The translations under genes and the position numbers were made by a program. From the human T2T-CHM13v2.0 reference genome, Homo sapiens: DNA of 64,000 bases. Below, piece after piece: positions 15,940 to 31,743 of this stretch. The notes under the pieces are model-generated. The model searched no databases. It worked only from the letters and a program-made list of their open reading frames with translations, and was not told the DNA's origin. The first letter of the stretch is position 1; each line of letters starts with the position of its first letter. The stretch lies in the NCBI RefSeq assembly GCF_009914755.1, contig NC_060925.1, one strand, 5' to 3'.

Positions 15940-16347
15940 TCTTTTTCTTTTCTTTTTCTCTTTCTCTCTTTTTCCTTCCTTCCTTCCTTGCTTCCTTCCT
16001 CTGTTTTTCTTTCTTTCTTTCCCCTCTCTCTCTTCTATTCCTTCCGTCTTTCTTTTCTTTTTCTTTTGAGACAGGATCTCACTCTATTGCCCAGGCTGGA
16101 GTGCAGTGGTGCCATCTCAACTCACTATAACTCTGACTCCAGGGCTCAAGCGATCCTCCCACCTCAGCCTCCTGAGTAGCTGGGACTACAGGTGCATGCC
16201 ACCATGCCCGGCTAATTTTTGTATTTTTTGTAGAGATGGGGTTTCACCATATTCCCAGGGTGGTCTCAAACATCTGGGCTCAAGCAATCTGCCCACCTCA
16301 ACCTCCCAAAGTGTGGGGATTACAGGCGTGAGCCACAGTGCCCAGCC
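15940..16347 (-). mobile_element. AluJ with an extended CT-rich tail
   Basis: Alu dimer plus a low-complexity pyrimidine tract. Confidence 0.9.
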
Positions 16348-17336
16348 GGCTGATTTTCACAATAAGGGGTTGATGGCAAGTTTTTCTTCTTTATCTTTTC
16401 AATTTGAAATGTCACCAGGGACTCTCTGCTTGGGTGAGGCATGCCCACCGACGCTACTGATCTCAGATGTTGATTTCCTTCTTCCTTGTAAACTGAGGTT
16501 TGGAGTAGTCTCTATCCCCAATTTACATGTAAGCAGGACTTATAGGTGAAGTTACGAGCTCTCTTTGCTGATGTGCATGGTTTATAGAAGGCTGTGTGCA
16601 GAGATTCAAATTGTGGACCACCCTTCTCCTCTGGGAATAAAAAAACCTTCTATAATTTTAAATATACACACTTGCTGCATATTATTGGTCAAATTTATTT
16701 TTCTTGTGATTTATTCTATTAATTGCATATATTTTCTTCTATTTCTGCACAATTTTATTTTGATTATTTATATTTTAACCCAGCTGGAATGTATTTTACT
16801 GTATTGTGTCACAAACAGTGACTTTACCCCAAACATCCAATCTTCCCATCCTAATTTCTTTAATAATTTATCCTTTCTGCAGTGGCGCATGTCCCCTTAA
16901 CTTGTGTGTGTTGATTCTTATATTCTTACACACTATGCGAATCACCTTAGCTTCAAAACACATTTTTATGTTTTAAAAAAGATTAGATATCTTTTTAAGA
17001 GTGCTAGTTTTGCTTATTTTCTTACTGTGGATGTGCTGCAGAGTAACTTGACAAGTTCCCTAAACCCTCCAATGGGGACTGCAAAGGTTGTTAGGTGAGA
17101 ATCAATCATTATCCGTTTCCTCTTAGGAGGTAGGACAAGTCAGAGCCAGGGAAGGTGCAGTCCAGGGATGCTCACATGAGGTTTTCAGGTAGGATCCCCA
17201 ACGAGTCAAGGGAAAATAACCCAGTGAGCAGAACACCTCATGCCAGGCTCCATTTTTGGTCTGGTGGAGGGTGACCTTCTCTCCCTGCCTGCTGAAGTCC
17301 TGCCAAGGTTAGGAGAATAAACTGCTCATGTGTTAC

Positions 17337-17555
17337 CTTTGTAGTGTTTGTGGTGGCCAAAAAGTCTGATTCTATTTCCATTTCTTTTTTTTCATCCAGA
17401 GATATATCTTCGGATGGTGGGATCACAAATACAAAATGCTCCAGGTCGTCTGTCATGGTCAAAGGTGGCCGCTTCACCGGGTAGGAGACGATTGAGAATA
17501 AGGCGGGAGGCGGGATGGGTGGTCCGGAGGCACCCAGACCCAAGATGTCTAGGAT
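17337..17555 (-). CDS. HYDIN2: Exon ~47 (ILDILGLGASG...TNTTK), 219 nt
   Basis: tttag|ATC acceptor, AAG|gtaaca donor; phase 0 to 0. Confidence 0.93.
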
Positions 17556-18715
17556 CTAAAGGAAAGGCCCATTGTGAATTTCCTGTGCAAAACCCTATGC
17601 CTCTCTTACCATAGCCTTTGTTACACTTTATGGCAATTGTTTAATTGTCTGCCTTTGCAACTGGGCTGTAAACTCCATTAGGATGGTTAGCAGGTGGATA
17701 TGGCACACAGCCTAGCACATAGCAGGCAATCAATAAATCTCTGTTTAATATGAAGAGGCCAGCTCTTAACGTTCTAATATCTAGAGTACAGAGTTTTTCC
17801 ATCTATTTTCAGATTCCATGTTAATTTTTCTTTTTGCGTTAAATGTTCCTTCCTTCCAAGGTGAAAGAAAGTTGGGATAGGAGCAAGTCAAATGCAGCAA
17901 AGAAAATAATAAAGCAAAGGTTCTGGGACTGGGGATGAGAATGGGAATGAAGAGAGAAGTGAAAAATAACCTGAGAGAGAAAACATTTATTCCTCCAGCA
18001 TTTTCCCATCCTGCTCTCATATATAATGAATGAGCAATTTCCAGAGCAAATGGTTTGAAAATTTAACAGCTACTTCCTGCCTCAGAATAAGCATGTTGCC
18101 TCTAGACTAATAGCCATTATCACAACAGTAAAGGTTACAGCCCACCTGAGGGCCCAGCCTGTGGACCACTGGGCCTGTGAGGCCCAGCAAGTAACTAAAT
18201 ATCTTCATGTAATCCTGTGCTTCTCATCCTGTGTGTCAAGGAGCTAAAGGCATTTCCTGACAAATACGCAGCTGAGTTAACTCCCAGGATTTAGAATGTC
18301 TATGAGGAAAGGCAAGAATGATTTGTAGCAATTGTTGAATTACCAGAGCCAGGGAGTTCTTCAAGCAGCAGTCTAACCTATGATTTGGAAGGTGGAGAGT
18401 ACAAAACAAGGCAAGAAGATGTTCTTGTTATAGTCCTTTTTTTAAAAAAAAAAAAACATTTCCAGGGAAAAAATCACAATTCCTTAGCTAAGGCTGGCCT
18501 GAGGTGAAACTGGGAAGGGCGTAGAGCTGATGTTGTGTGTCCCCCAGCAGTCCTTCCCGCCTGTGGTGCCACCCGGGACCACTGTGGCAAGGCTTCTACT
18601 GTGGGCCGCGGCACATGGAAGTCACATGGATTGCAGGGATGACTCTGATCCTCCCATCATCCCTGACCTGCCACATATCCCTCCCAGGCTCTAGTCTCTA
18701 CTTTTAAAAGTTGAC

Positions 18716-19009
18716 TCATGCCTGTAATCCCAGCACTTTGGGAGGCTGAGGCTGATCATTTAAGGTCAGGAGTTTAAGACCAGCCTGACCAACATGGTGA
18801 AACCCTGTCTCTACTAAAGATCCAAAAAAATTAGCTGGTCGTGCTGGTGCATGCCTATAGTCCCAGCTACTTAGGAGGCTGAGGCAGGAGAATCGCTTGA
18901 ACACCAGAGGCAGAGGTTGCAGTGAGCTGATATTGTGCCACTGCACTCCAGCCTGGGCAACAGAGTGAGACTCCATCTCAAAAAAAAAAAAAAGAAAAAA
19001 AGAAAAAAA
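18716..19009 (+). mobile_element. AluS, slightly 5'-truncated
   Basis: Alu dimer with A tail. Confidence 0.93.
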
Positions 19010-19037
19010 GTTGCATCTAGTTTGTCATGAACGAAAC

Positions 19038-19250
19038 CAGAGGGCAGCAAACTGTGGTGCCCTGGCTGAATCTGGCCTGCTACTTTTTCTAAATAAACTT
19101 GAATTGGAACACGGCCATGCCCATTCATTTACATGTTGCTGGTGGTCACTTTTACCCTCTGAAGGCCAAGTGGAGTAGTTTTGATAGAAGTGGTATCACC
19201 CGCAGCCTAAAATGCTTACTTTCTGGTCCTTTACAGAAAAAACCTGTCCC
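19038..19250. mobile_element. MER58-like hAT-Charlie DNA transposon
   Basis: gcaaact...atctggcctgc...tggtcctttacagaaaaa pattern. Confidence 0.75.
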
Positions 19251-19720
19251 TGGAGAAAAGGCTATAATAAGCCTCTCCTCCAAACTGCTAGCAAAGGTGG
19301 CTTTTGGATACACAATACTTTTGTTTATAGGAAAGAAGAGCTGTCTTATAGGATAATTTCTGTCACTGTGGGAGGTCTGTGGGAAGATTTTGGAGTGGAT
19401 GGGTCTCCTGCTTCACCCCAAAGCCTCACCTGCCTTGCCATTCTGTAGCACCCATATTATCAATATTAAAAACCAACCATTACAGGTGGCTTCCCATAAG
19501 GTTGGATGGACTAATCTAGATGTGTGACATTTCCTATGAATTTTCTCTTGCCAAGTAGAAAAGGTCCTTTAGTCATTATTGTCTTAATTCCAAGGGGGCA
19601 TCAGAGATGCATGCAGTTGAGGGGATATGGGTTTCAGGTAGGGAGAAGCACCCCTGATGATCTTAGCACAGCGCCTGCCGCCTGACTTGAGACTTCCCCA
19701 CCCTGGAGGAGAGTCCATAC

Positions 19721-20332
19721 CTGCTCTCCTTTGGGAAGCCTGTCGCTCTCTAGGGCCTGCTTCCAGCTCAAGCCTTCAAAGTCTGGTGTCTGGATGTTAA
19801 GGAAGGGTACGCCCAGGTCCTTCTCCTTCTTCTCTTCGTGGTCCTCCTCCCCTTCCCCCTCCCAGTCGCTCCGCTCCTCCAGGGCTCGCAGCTTCTCCAG
19901 GCGCTCCCGCTCCGCCTTCTCCCTCTCCAGGCGCTCCTTCTCCAGGCGCTCTCTCTCCCGGTCCTTGCGGCCCCTGCGCCCACCCGAGGGGACCTGGCGC
20001 TGGTCGTCGGGCTCATGGGGAGCTTCCTCCATCCCTGCAGGAGGCAGCTGGACTCCTTGCTTCCGGTCCCAGTACATGAGGATGTTCTGGACATCCTTCA
20101 GTGTCAATTCATAGGTCTTAAACTTCTGGGCCAGTTGCTTGTCGGGGTCCTTTGAGATGTCCCCTTCACTGTCCTCTTGGTCCTGGACAAGAGGAAGCCC
20201 ATGCATGCTGACATCGCCCATGTTCCTTTTCTTCTTATTTAGCTCTTCCTTCTCAGACATTGTTTGTTCCCTAACAGATATTTTCCTTTCGATTGTCTCC
20301 ATCTTGACATCCACTTTGGTGAGCGGAGGAAC
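19721..20332 (-). CDS. HYDIN2: Exon ~46 (VPPLTKVDVKM...LPKGEQ), 612 nt, charged region
   Basis: tctag|GTT acceptor, CAG|gtatgg donor; ORF 19634..20314; phase 0 to 0. Confidence 0.94.
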
Positions 20333-21888
20333 CTAGAAGGCATGACACAGAAAAGATGCGTCAAACAGTTTTTTACGGGGTAGTAAATTGCATAAGGAGG
20401 AGCGAAAGGACATTTTGTCTCATGAGAAGGTCTCCGAGGATCTGGGCACCTCCCCTGCACGCTAAGGTTGTGCCTGGGAATCATCTTGGGGGTTTTAATC
20501 TAAATATCTATTCCATGGTCCCTCTCTGTTTGAGATCTGGCTGGATTGTGCATTTTGGAAAAGGTGCAGAGTGACTTTGATGTGTACTCCTGGTTGAGAG
20601 CTGCTGTTCTGCAGGATCAAGGGGAAAAGACTAGCAGATGCAAGCCATATGCACCTGCCTCAGGTGCCCTGGTATAGGCCACAGCGTGTAGTGGTCCAAT
20701 CCCAGCTGCACTGCTTGGTAGCTGTGACCCTGGGAGAGGACTCAGCCTCTCTCTGCCTCATCTGTATAACGGAGATAGCAACATTAATACCTACTCCAGA
20801 GGACTCCTGAAGATTAAATGTGTGAATGCATGTAAAAAGCTTACAACAGTGCCTTTTCAGTTATTAAAACCACACATGTATTGTATACAATGGATATTGT
20901 TGGGAACAAATGGGGGTTTAGAATTTGGCTGCACCTCAGGCTTTTAAAATATGTATTTATTTAATGCTCTGAGCATAGAGAAACCAATTTTATTCTTTTT
21001 CTTACTGCACTTTTAAACTTGTTTTGTGGACTCTGATTTTCTCCTCCCCTGGATAAAATCCTCGGGTAGGCTCCATCGTTTTTTGGGTCATTCTTTGATG
21101 ATATTATGCAAAGTCCATTCCAGTCTAGTGACTGCTATCTGCAGTGCAGCCAGTGTCTCCTTTCCCAGGTCTAGCTCTCCTCCTCTCTAAGTTCAGGCCA
21201 GCATCAGGCTTGGAGACATGAACGACCAGGGGCTGGCTTTTCCCCTCATCTTGCTGCCCTTCCTCCTTCTTTGCTTCTCCATCTCCAACACAGCCTGGGG
21301 AGGCAGCAACACTGCAGGCTGGCACGGTGCCTCATGTGGGGGAGGCAGGGACTTGGCTCCTATTCCTTCATGCTCTGCCAAGACACCTGGGTTTGCATGG
21401 AAGATGGGGCCCAGTGAGGGAAGGACTTGTACTTGCAAGACTGTGGGAGCCCAGCGTAGAGCAGCTGGAGGCTAACAGTAAACTATGAAGAATATGGACA
21501 ATTTTAACAATATGATTAATGGACTTGGGCAAATAGATGCAGAAAGAAAATACACACACTATTCAAACACACGTGGAACATTAACAGAAACCAGTCACCG
21601 ATGAGGCCACACAGCAAGGCTCCACAGATGCAAAAGATCAATATGACATAGAGCATGTACTCTGCGGATAGTTATCAAAATCAGGACTAAAAAGAGAAGG
21701 CAAAATGAAGCTGTTCATTTGGAAATTAGAAAATATACTTGGAAATAATTCATGGATTAAAGAAGCAGCCATAAAGGAGAGTAGAAAATATTTAGAATTG
21801 AACAATGAAAACACTGAATATCAACAAATGAGGACTATATCTAAAACAGTTTGGAAGTTTATATGTCTTTAAATGCTTTTATAACCTA

Positions 21889-22164
21889 TTTTTTTTTTTT
21901 TTTAGACAAGCTGGAGTGTAGTGGTATGATCACAGCTTACTGTGGCCTCAATTTTCTGGGCTCGGTAATTCTCCCACCTCAGCCTCCCAAGTAGCTTGGG
22001 ACTACAGGCATGTGCCACCATGCCTGGCTAATTTTTAATTTTTTTGTAGAGACACAGTTTTGCCATGTTGCCCAGGCTGGTCTTGAACCCCTGAGTTCAA
22101 TTGATCTGCCTGTCTCAACCTCCCAAAGTGTTGGGATTACAGGCATAAGCCACTATGCCTGGCC
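21889..22164 (-). mobile_element. AluJ
   Basis: Alu dimer. Confidence 0.9.
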
Positions 22165-22227
22165 CCTTTTATAACTTTTCATAAATTGCAAAAGAAAAAC
22201 GATTGAAAATTAATAAGATAAGCATCA

Positions 22228-22935
<708 letters not shown>

Positions 22936-23727
22936 CTAATGAAACAGAAAACATAAAATGAAGATAATCCACAAAGGCAAAAGTTGTTTCTTTGGAAAGA
23001 TAATAAAAATGACAAACTTCTAGTAAGGTTGATTGAGGAAAAACAAAGAGAAAGGTACAAATAAACAACGTGTGAAATGTCCGAGAGGACATAATAGAAA
23101 TAATACAAGTATAACAGAAATAATGGAAGAGGTTAAAAAGATAGTAAGACAAAACCATTAATTTCCTCATGCCAATAAATGTGAAAATCTGATAAAAAAT
23201 TAATACTTTTTCAGAAAATCATGAATGACCAAATTAACTCGGAAAGCAAAAGGTAAAAGCTGAATAAACATTTAAGCCCCAAACAAACTGATTCAATAAT
23301 GTAATATGTAACCCACTGTGTGGTCCTACCAAAGAAGAAAAAGAAATACAATCATGTCAATGGATGCAGAAAAATCACTTGATAAAATTCCACACCCACA
23401 AGTAGAAAATCTTTACAAAACGTTTTGAAAACCTATGTGTCTGAAAGCACTGGAGAGCCACAAAGGCAGTCATGAGTTGCAGGCTAAGATCTGGGAGAGG
23501 AGACAAATACAGAGAAGTGGGCCCAGCATTTGGGGCTGCTCTTCCCTCGAGGGTATTTGTAGCTGACAGTGTGGTTGAGAAGCTGAGCAAAACTTCTGAC
23601 AGACTCATGGGGCTGGGGTTCAAAAATTAAGACTCCAGGCCTGCCAAGGAAAAGAGGTCCTGGTAAATCCCCTGGCCTTTGGGTTAGGTCTCCGAAAGGC
23701 TCCATATTAGGAATAAGGGTCAACCTG

Positions 23728-24088
23728 TCCTTTGCAGGGACATGGATGAAGCTGGAAGGCTATTATCCTCAGCAAACTAATGCAGGAACAGAAAACCAAA
23801 TATTACGTGTTCTGCCTTATAAGTGGGAGCTGAATGATGAGGACACATGGACACATGGGTCAGGGGACAATACACACTGTGGTCTGTCAGGGGTTGGGGG
23901 GCAGGACGAGGGAGAGCATCAGGAAGAATAGTTAATAAACGCTGGGCCTAACATCTAGGTGATGGGATGATCTGTGCAGCAAACCATGGCGGCACACGTT
24001 TACCTATGTAACAAACCTGCACATCCTGCACGTGTACCCCCGTACTTAAAATAACAGTGGAAAAAAGAAAAAGAAAAAGAAAAAAAAG
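23728..24088 (+). mobile_element. Old L1PA 3' end fragment
   Basis: L1 3'UTR, A tail, degenerate TSD aagggtcaacctg / aaaggtccacctg. Confidence 0.82.
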
Positions 24089-24289
24089 GTCCACCTGAAA
24101 TAGCCCCGCCCTCCCAGGGACTGAAGCTCAGTTTAAAATGATCTCAGTCCTGATTGAGTCAAGGTTTCTAGTGCTCCTAGCCTAGCTGACTGCCAGCATC
24201 AAACAGTGATTCTCTCTGGAGGGAGACAACATCTTCCAGAGCCTCAAAACGTTTTTTCTGTTCAATATCTGGCCCTTGATAAAAACCTG

Positions 24290-25711
<1,422 letters not shown>

Positions 25712-26353
25712 TACTTGGCATCTAAAGAGACAAAACCATGTGACCATAAAGCAAGAGCAAAAGACAGACGGGAGACCAGACTGCTGGGGATCTACGTATG
25801 GCACTATAAGACAAGGACTTTAAAACATATTTAATATGCTGAGGGAATTAAGACACTATTGAGAAGTGAGAATTTTAAAGAGAACTAGAAATAGTAAGAA
25901 AAGAATTAATGGCTTTTTAATGCAATAACAAAATGAAAAACTGAAAGGAAGTTTGAATAGCAGGTTAGACCTCACTGAAAAAAAGACAGTGAACTAGACC
26001 GTATGTCAGAAGAAAATATTCAGTATAAAGAGAGGACAAAAGTATGTAGAACATAGAAAAAGCACAACGGACATATATTACTGTGAAAGGTTTGCAAAAA
26101 GGCCTAGCACATTTATGATTGGAATCCTAGATGGAGAGGAGAGAAAGAATGGAGAAGAAATCTGGAAGAGTTAGTGGCTAATGGTTCCCAGCCCACATAT
26201 TCAAGAATCACTATAAACCCCAAGTAGGATAAAATACAAAGAAAACCACACCTAGGCAAATCATAGTAAATTACTGAATGAAGACTCGACATCTTAAAGG
26301 TGTTGAGACCTTAAAAACAAAGAGAAACATCTTAAAGGCAGTTAGAGTCAGAA

Positions 26354-26818
26354 TGAGGTAGGAGGCGGGGCTCAGACACTGGACCAGATTGAGGACTCGC
26401 TAAAACAGGGTGGGGGTGGAAACAGCTTTCCAATCAGACATGCCCACCAGTGTGCCATGTCAATATATCACTGCCATGGCAACACCCAGGAGTTACCACC
26501 CCTTTCAGGGCAATGACTCAATGACCCAAAAGACCTCTTCCCTAGAAATTTCTGCTATACTGCCCCTTCATCTGCATGCAACTACAGTCGTATAAATACT
26601 ACTGTAAACTGTCCTGGGCTGCTACTCTCTGCCTACAGGGTAGCCCTGCTGGGCAGGAGCAGTCAAAGTGCTGGGCAGGAGCAGTCACAGAACGGTCACA
26701 CTGCCTCTTCAATAAAGCTGTTTTCTTCTACCTCCAGCTTGCCCTTGAATACTTTCCTGGGCAAAGCCAAGAACCCTCCGGGCTAAGCCCCACTGTGGGG
26801 CTCACCTGCCCTGCATCA
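26354..26818 (+). mobile_element. Solo ERV1 LTR, MER41-family-like, inside an old L1M ORF1 remnant
   Basis: TG...CA ends; CCAAT 26430, TATAAA 26591, AATAAA 26711; 3' end gaaccctccgggctaagcccc...cctgcatca. Confidence 0.78.
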
Positions 26819-27282
26819 AGGCTAACACAGAAGGAGCACAATCATGCTGACAGCCGACATCTCAACAGCCACATGGAAGACAAAGATAGAAAAATAATAT
26901 CATCAAAGTGCTGAAGAAAAATGGCTGGCAACCTAGAGGCCTGCCTAGAAAAAAACACCCTCGAAACATCAAGGTGAAGTAAAGACATTTCGGACAAGCA
27001 AAACTTGAGTAATTTGTTGCCAAAGAACCTGTACCTAAAAAAAAAAACAGACACCCAGGAATGTTCTTTAGGTAAAAGAAAACAGACACAAGAGATGTAG
27101 AAAGCAGTTAAAGAGTGTTTAGGAGGGTGCTGAGAAATGCATATTGATAAATATTGATAAATGGGCATTTAGGTAAAAATAAATGCAAATTGATTGTTTT
27201 AATCAATAATGTTTGTGCATTAAAAAATATATAGTGAGAATTCAAATACATAACTACATTAGCATATAATTTAGAAGAGGGT

Positions 27283-27526
27283 AGCACTTTGGGAGGCCGA
27301 GGCGGGTGGACTGCTTGAGCCCGGGAGTTTGAGAACAGCTTGGGCGACATGGCAAAACCACATTTCTACAAAAAAATTAGCCAGACGTGGTGGTGCACGC
27401 CTGCAGTCCCAGCTACTCGGGAGGCTGAGGTGGGAAGATCACCTGAGCCTGGGGGAGATCAAGGCTGCAGTGAGTGGTGATCACGCCAAGCACTCCAGCC
27501 TAAAAAAAAAACAAAAAACAAAAAAC
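27283..27526 (+). mobile_element. AluJ, truncated
   Basis: Alu sequence. Confidence 0.88.
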
Positions 27527-28047
27527 AGGGTCAATGGGTCCATGTGGTTAAATGAGGTTAAATTATTCTAAGACTCTTGCATCTTCAACAGAAACACTTG
27601 AAGGTGATGGCTGAGGAAAATAAGACTCTTTCTAGTCTATTAACACACTATTTAGTCAAGTGATTACATGGATCAAATTTCCACTAGGCTTTGTTCAATT
27701 GTACTTTAGTAAATAACAGCCAATACAAAAGAAACCATTGATCCAAAATATAAACATAAAGGTAAACTTTCTTTTTAAGGAATAACATTTGGGAGAAATT
27801 TGCTTTTATAGATTTGGAGTAAGAAATGATGGCTGGCAAGGGCTTATTTGAGGGAGGAAGGCAAATTGAGAGGGATGGAATTGGGTTTAAGATTGAGCTG
27901 GAGGATAGAGAGGAAGATTTTTGACAGAAAAGAGAAAGAAGAAGGAAGCAAAGGAAAGTTCAAAGTAGAAACAAGGACGATGGCCAGATGCAAGGCTTTC
28001 TTCTTCTTCAGTGAGAAATCATCATCCATTTGTTTAAAACAGGATTA

Positions 28048-28441
<394 letters not shown>

Positions 28442-29094
28442 TCAAGAGGACAGAGAAGACTGGAGCAGGAAGGGAACTTAGAGATCATCTAGGGATGAGA
28501 TAAGGAAACTTTGGCCCAGAGGGTATATGACAAATTCATAGCTTCACAGATTAGTCTTTGAGTTTCCAGACTGACAGGTGTATTTCTCACTTCCTTTCCT
28601 GTCTCCCATTATAGCTGGTTCTGTGATGTTTTTTTCTTTTCCAACATCCCTTTATTTTCCCATCCTTGATTCTTGCTCTGTGCAATACCTCTTCCTCCAG
28701 GAGCAAGCAGATTCAGAACTGACCAGTCACAGAATGGCATCCCCCTGGCCAAGGGGACTGGTTCAGAGCAGGCACATGGCACTCTCCAGTGAGAGTGAAA
28801 GCCAGCACTGTGGCCAAAATGGTGTTTAACGAAGCACTCCTTTCCAGCTGGGTTTGGATTTAGGCGAATCTAAGCCAGAACTTTCGGGGGCTCTCACGTG
28901 GAGGGCATCAGTCAGAGACTGGAACCAGCACAGGTGAGCCAAGAGATGCAGGCAAAGAACTCTGCATGGGGGTTTATGGTTCTCATGCGTGGAAATGAAC
29001 AACCAGCAAACTGATTGTCCCATACATAACAGCTACAGACTGAATGAAATAGAAACATAACTCCCTGAGAGCTCTAGAGACTAAAAACAAATTA

Positions 29095-29556
<462 letters not shown>

Positions 29557-30253
29557 TCATTCTAGAGGAGCCACAGAAAGAAGTCCTGGAGCATTCAGAG
29601 CCTCCAGAGAGTGAAGGGGAAACCCCAGAAAGGAGAGAGAGCCAAAGAAGAGGAACCCCGCATTTTCTGTATAAGCAGCCTAAATCTCTGGCTGGCTGAC
29701 TCTTGAACTATGTGTGTGGGGGGCAAACTGGAAGCAATTTGTAATTAAGGTCTAAAGAATGGAACTGACATCTTAGTCACTGACCACTGCAGATGCAAAA
29801 GACCAAAACTTGATCCAACCAAGCTTAATTGTCTGTTAAACCTAAAATATCAACATTCTTTGGAGAATTATAATACAATACAGAGTCTGCAACATAACAT
29901 TAAAAAATTCCAGGATGTGATACAAAATTACTTGTCATATGAAGAGTCAGGAAACTGTGACAAATTCTCAAAGGAAAAGACAGTCAACTATGCCAACCCT
30001 GAGATGACTCAGATGGAGGAACTGTCAGACAAGAACTATATGCAGCTATTATAACTATGATCAGTAAGGCAGAAGGAAATTCAAGCAGATAAATTGAAAA
30101 ATTTAAAAAGAACCAAGTGGAAATTTTAGAAGTGAAAAATACAGTATCTGAAATAAGAATTCAGGAAGGAACAAGCCATGAATTTTCATACATGTGAGCA
30201 AATACATTTTTTTTAACGTTTTTTGAATTGGGTTTTCTGTCTCTCTTTCTTCT

Positions 30254-30255
<2 letters not shown>

Positions 30256-30300
<45 letters not shown>

Positions 30301-30412
30301 CAGGGTCTTGCTGTGTTGTCCAGGCTGGATTCAAATTCCTGAGCTCATGCAATCCTCCTGTTTCAGCCTCCTGAGTGGCTGGGACTACAGGTGCACACCA
30401 CCACAGATGGCC
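30256..30412 (-). mobile_element. Alu monomer with a ~40-nt poly-T
   Basis: Long T tract plus a single arm. Confidence 0.82.
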
Positions 30413-30519
30413 TGAATTGAGTCTTCTATTTCTTGCAGTTTAAAGATTCCTGACAATATATCCACTTGAGACTGTGCTTTTGCTAACGTTAGTGTTGGCT
30501 GCTAGGCAACTGCTTAGAG

Positions 30520-30685
30520 CCTTGCTACTCAGAGTGTGACCCAAGAGCCAGCAGCATGAATGTGACCTGGGACTTGTTAGAAATATAGTCTCATGCCCCA
30601 GCCCAGACCTACGGAATCGGAACCTCTCTGCATATTAACAGGATCCCTAGGTGATTTGCGTGCATATTCAGATTTGAAAAGCTGA
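30520..30685. mobile_element. MER5-like DNA transposon
   Basis: ctactcagagtgtg...ccccagcccagacctac...ggtgatttgcgtgca pattern. Confidence 0.65.
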
Positions 30686-30756
30686 TATAGAGAAAATCAG
30701 AATCACCAGCAGATTTCATTTTATAGGATAAACATTTAAAGAGCAGTAGGCTATTA

Positions 30757-31094
<338 letters not shown>

Positions 31095-31132
31095 GGTAAA
31101 AACAATCCACAAAATAAAAAAAAAAAGTGATT

Positions 31133-31743
<611 letters not shown>

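Noticed and set aside
19731-20155. Overlapping plus-strand and alternate-frame ORFs in exon 46
   Set aside because: Expected shadows of GC-rich repetitive coding sequence, with no independent support.
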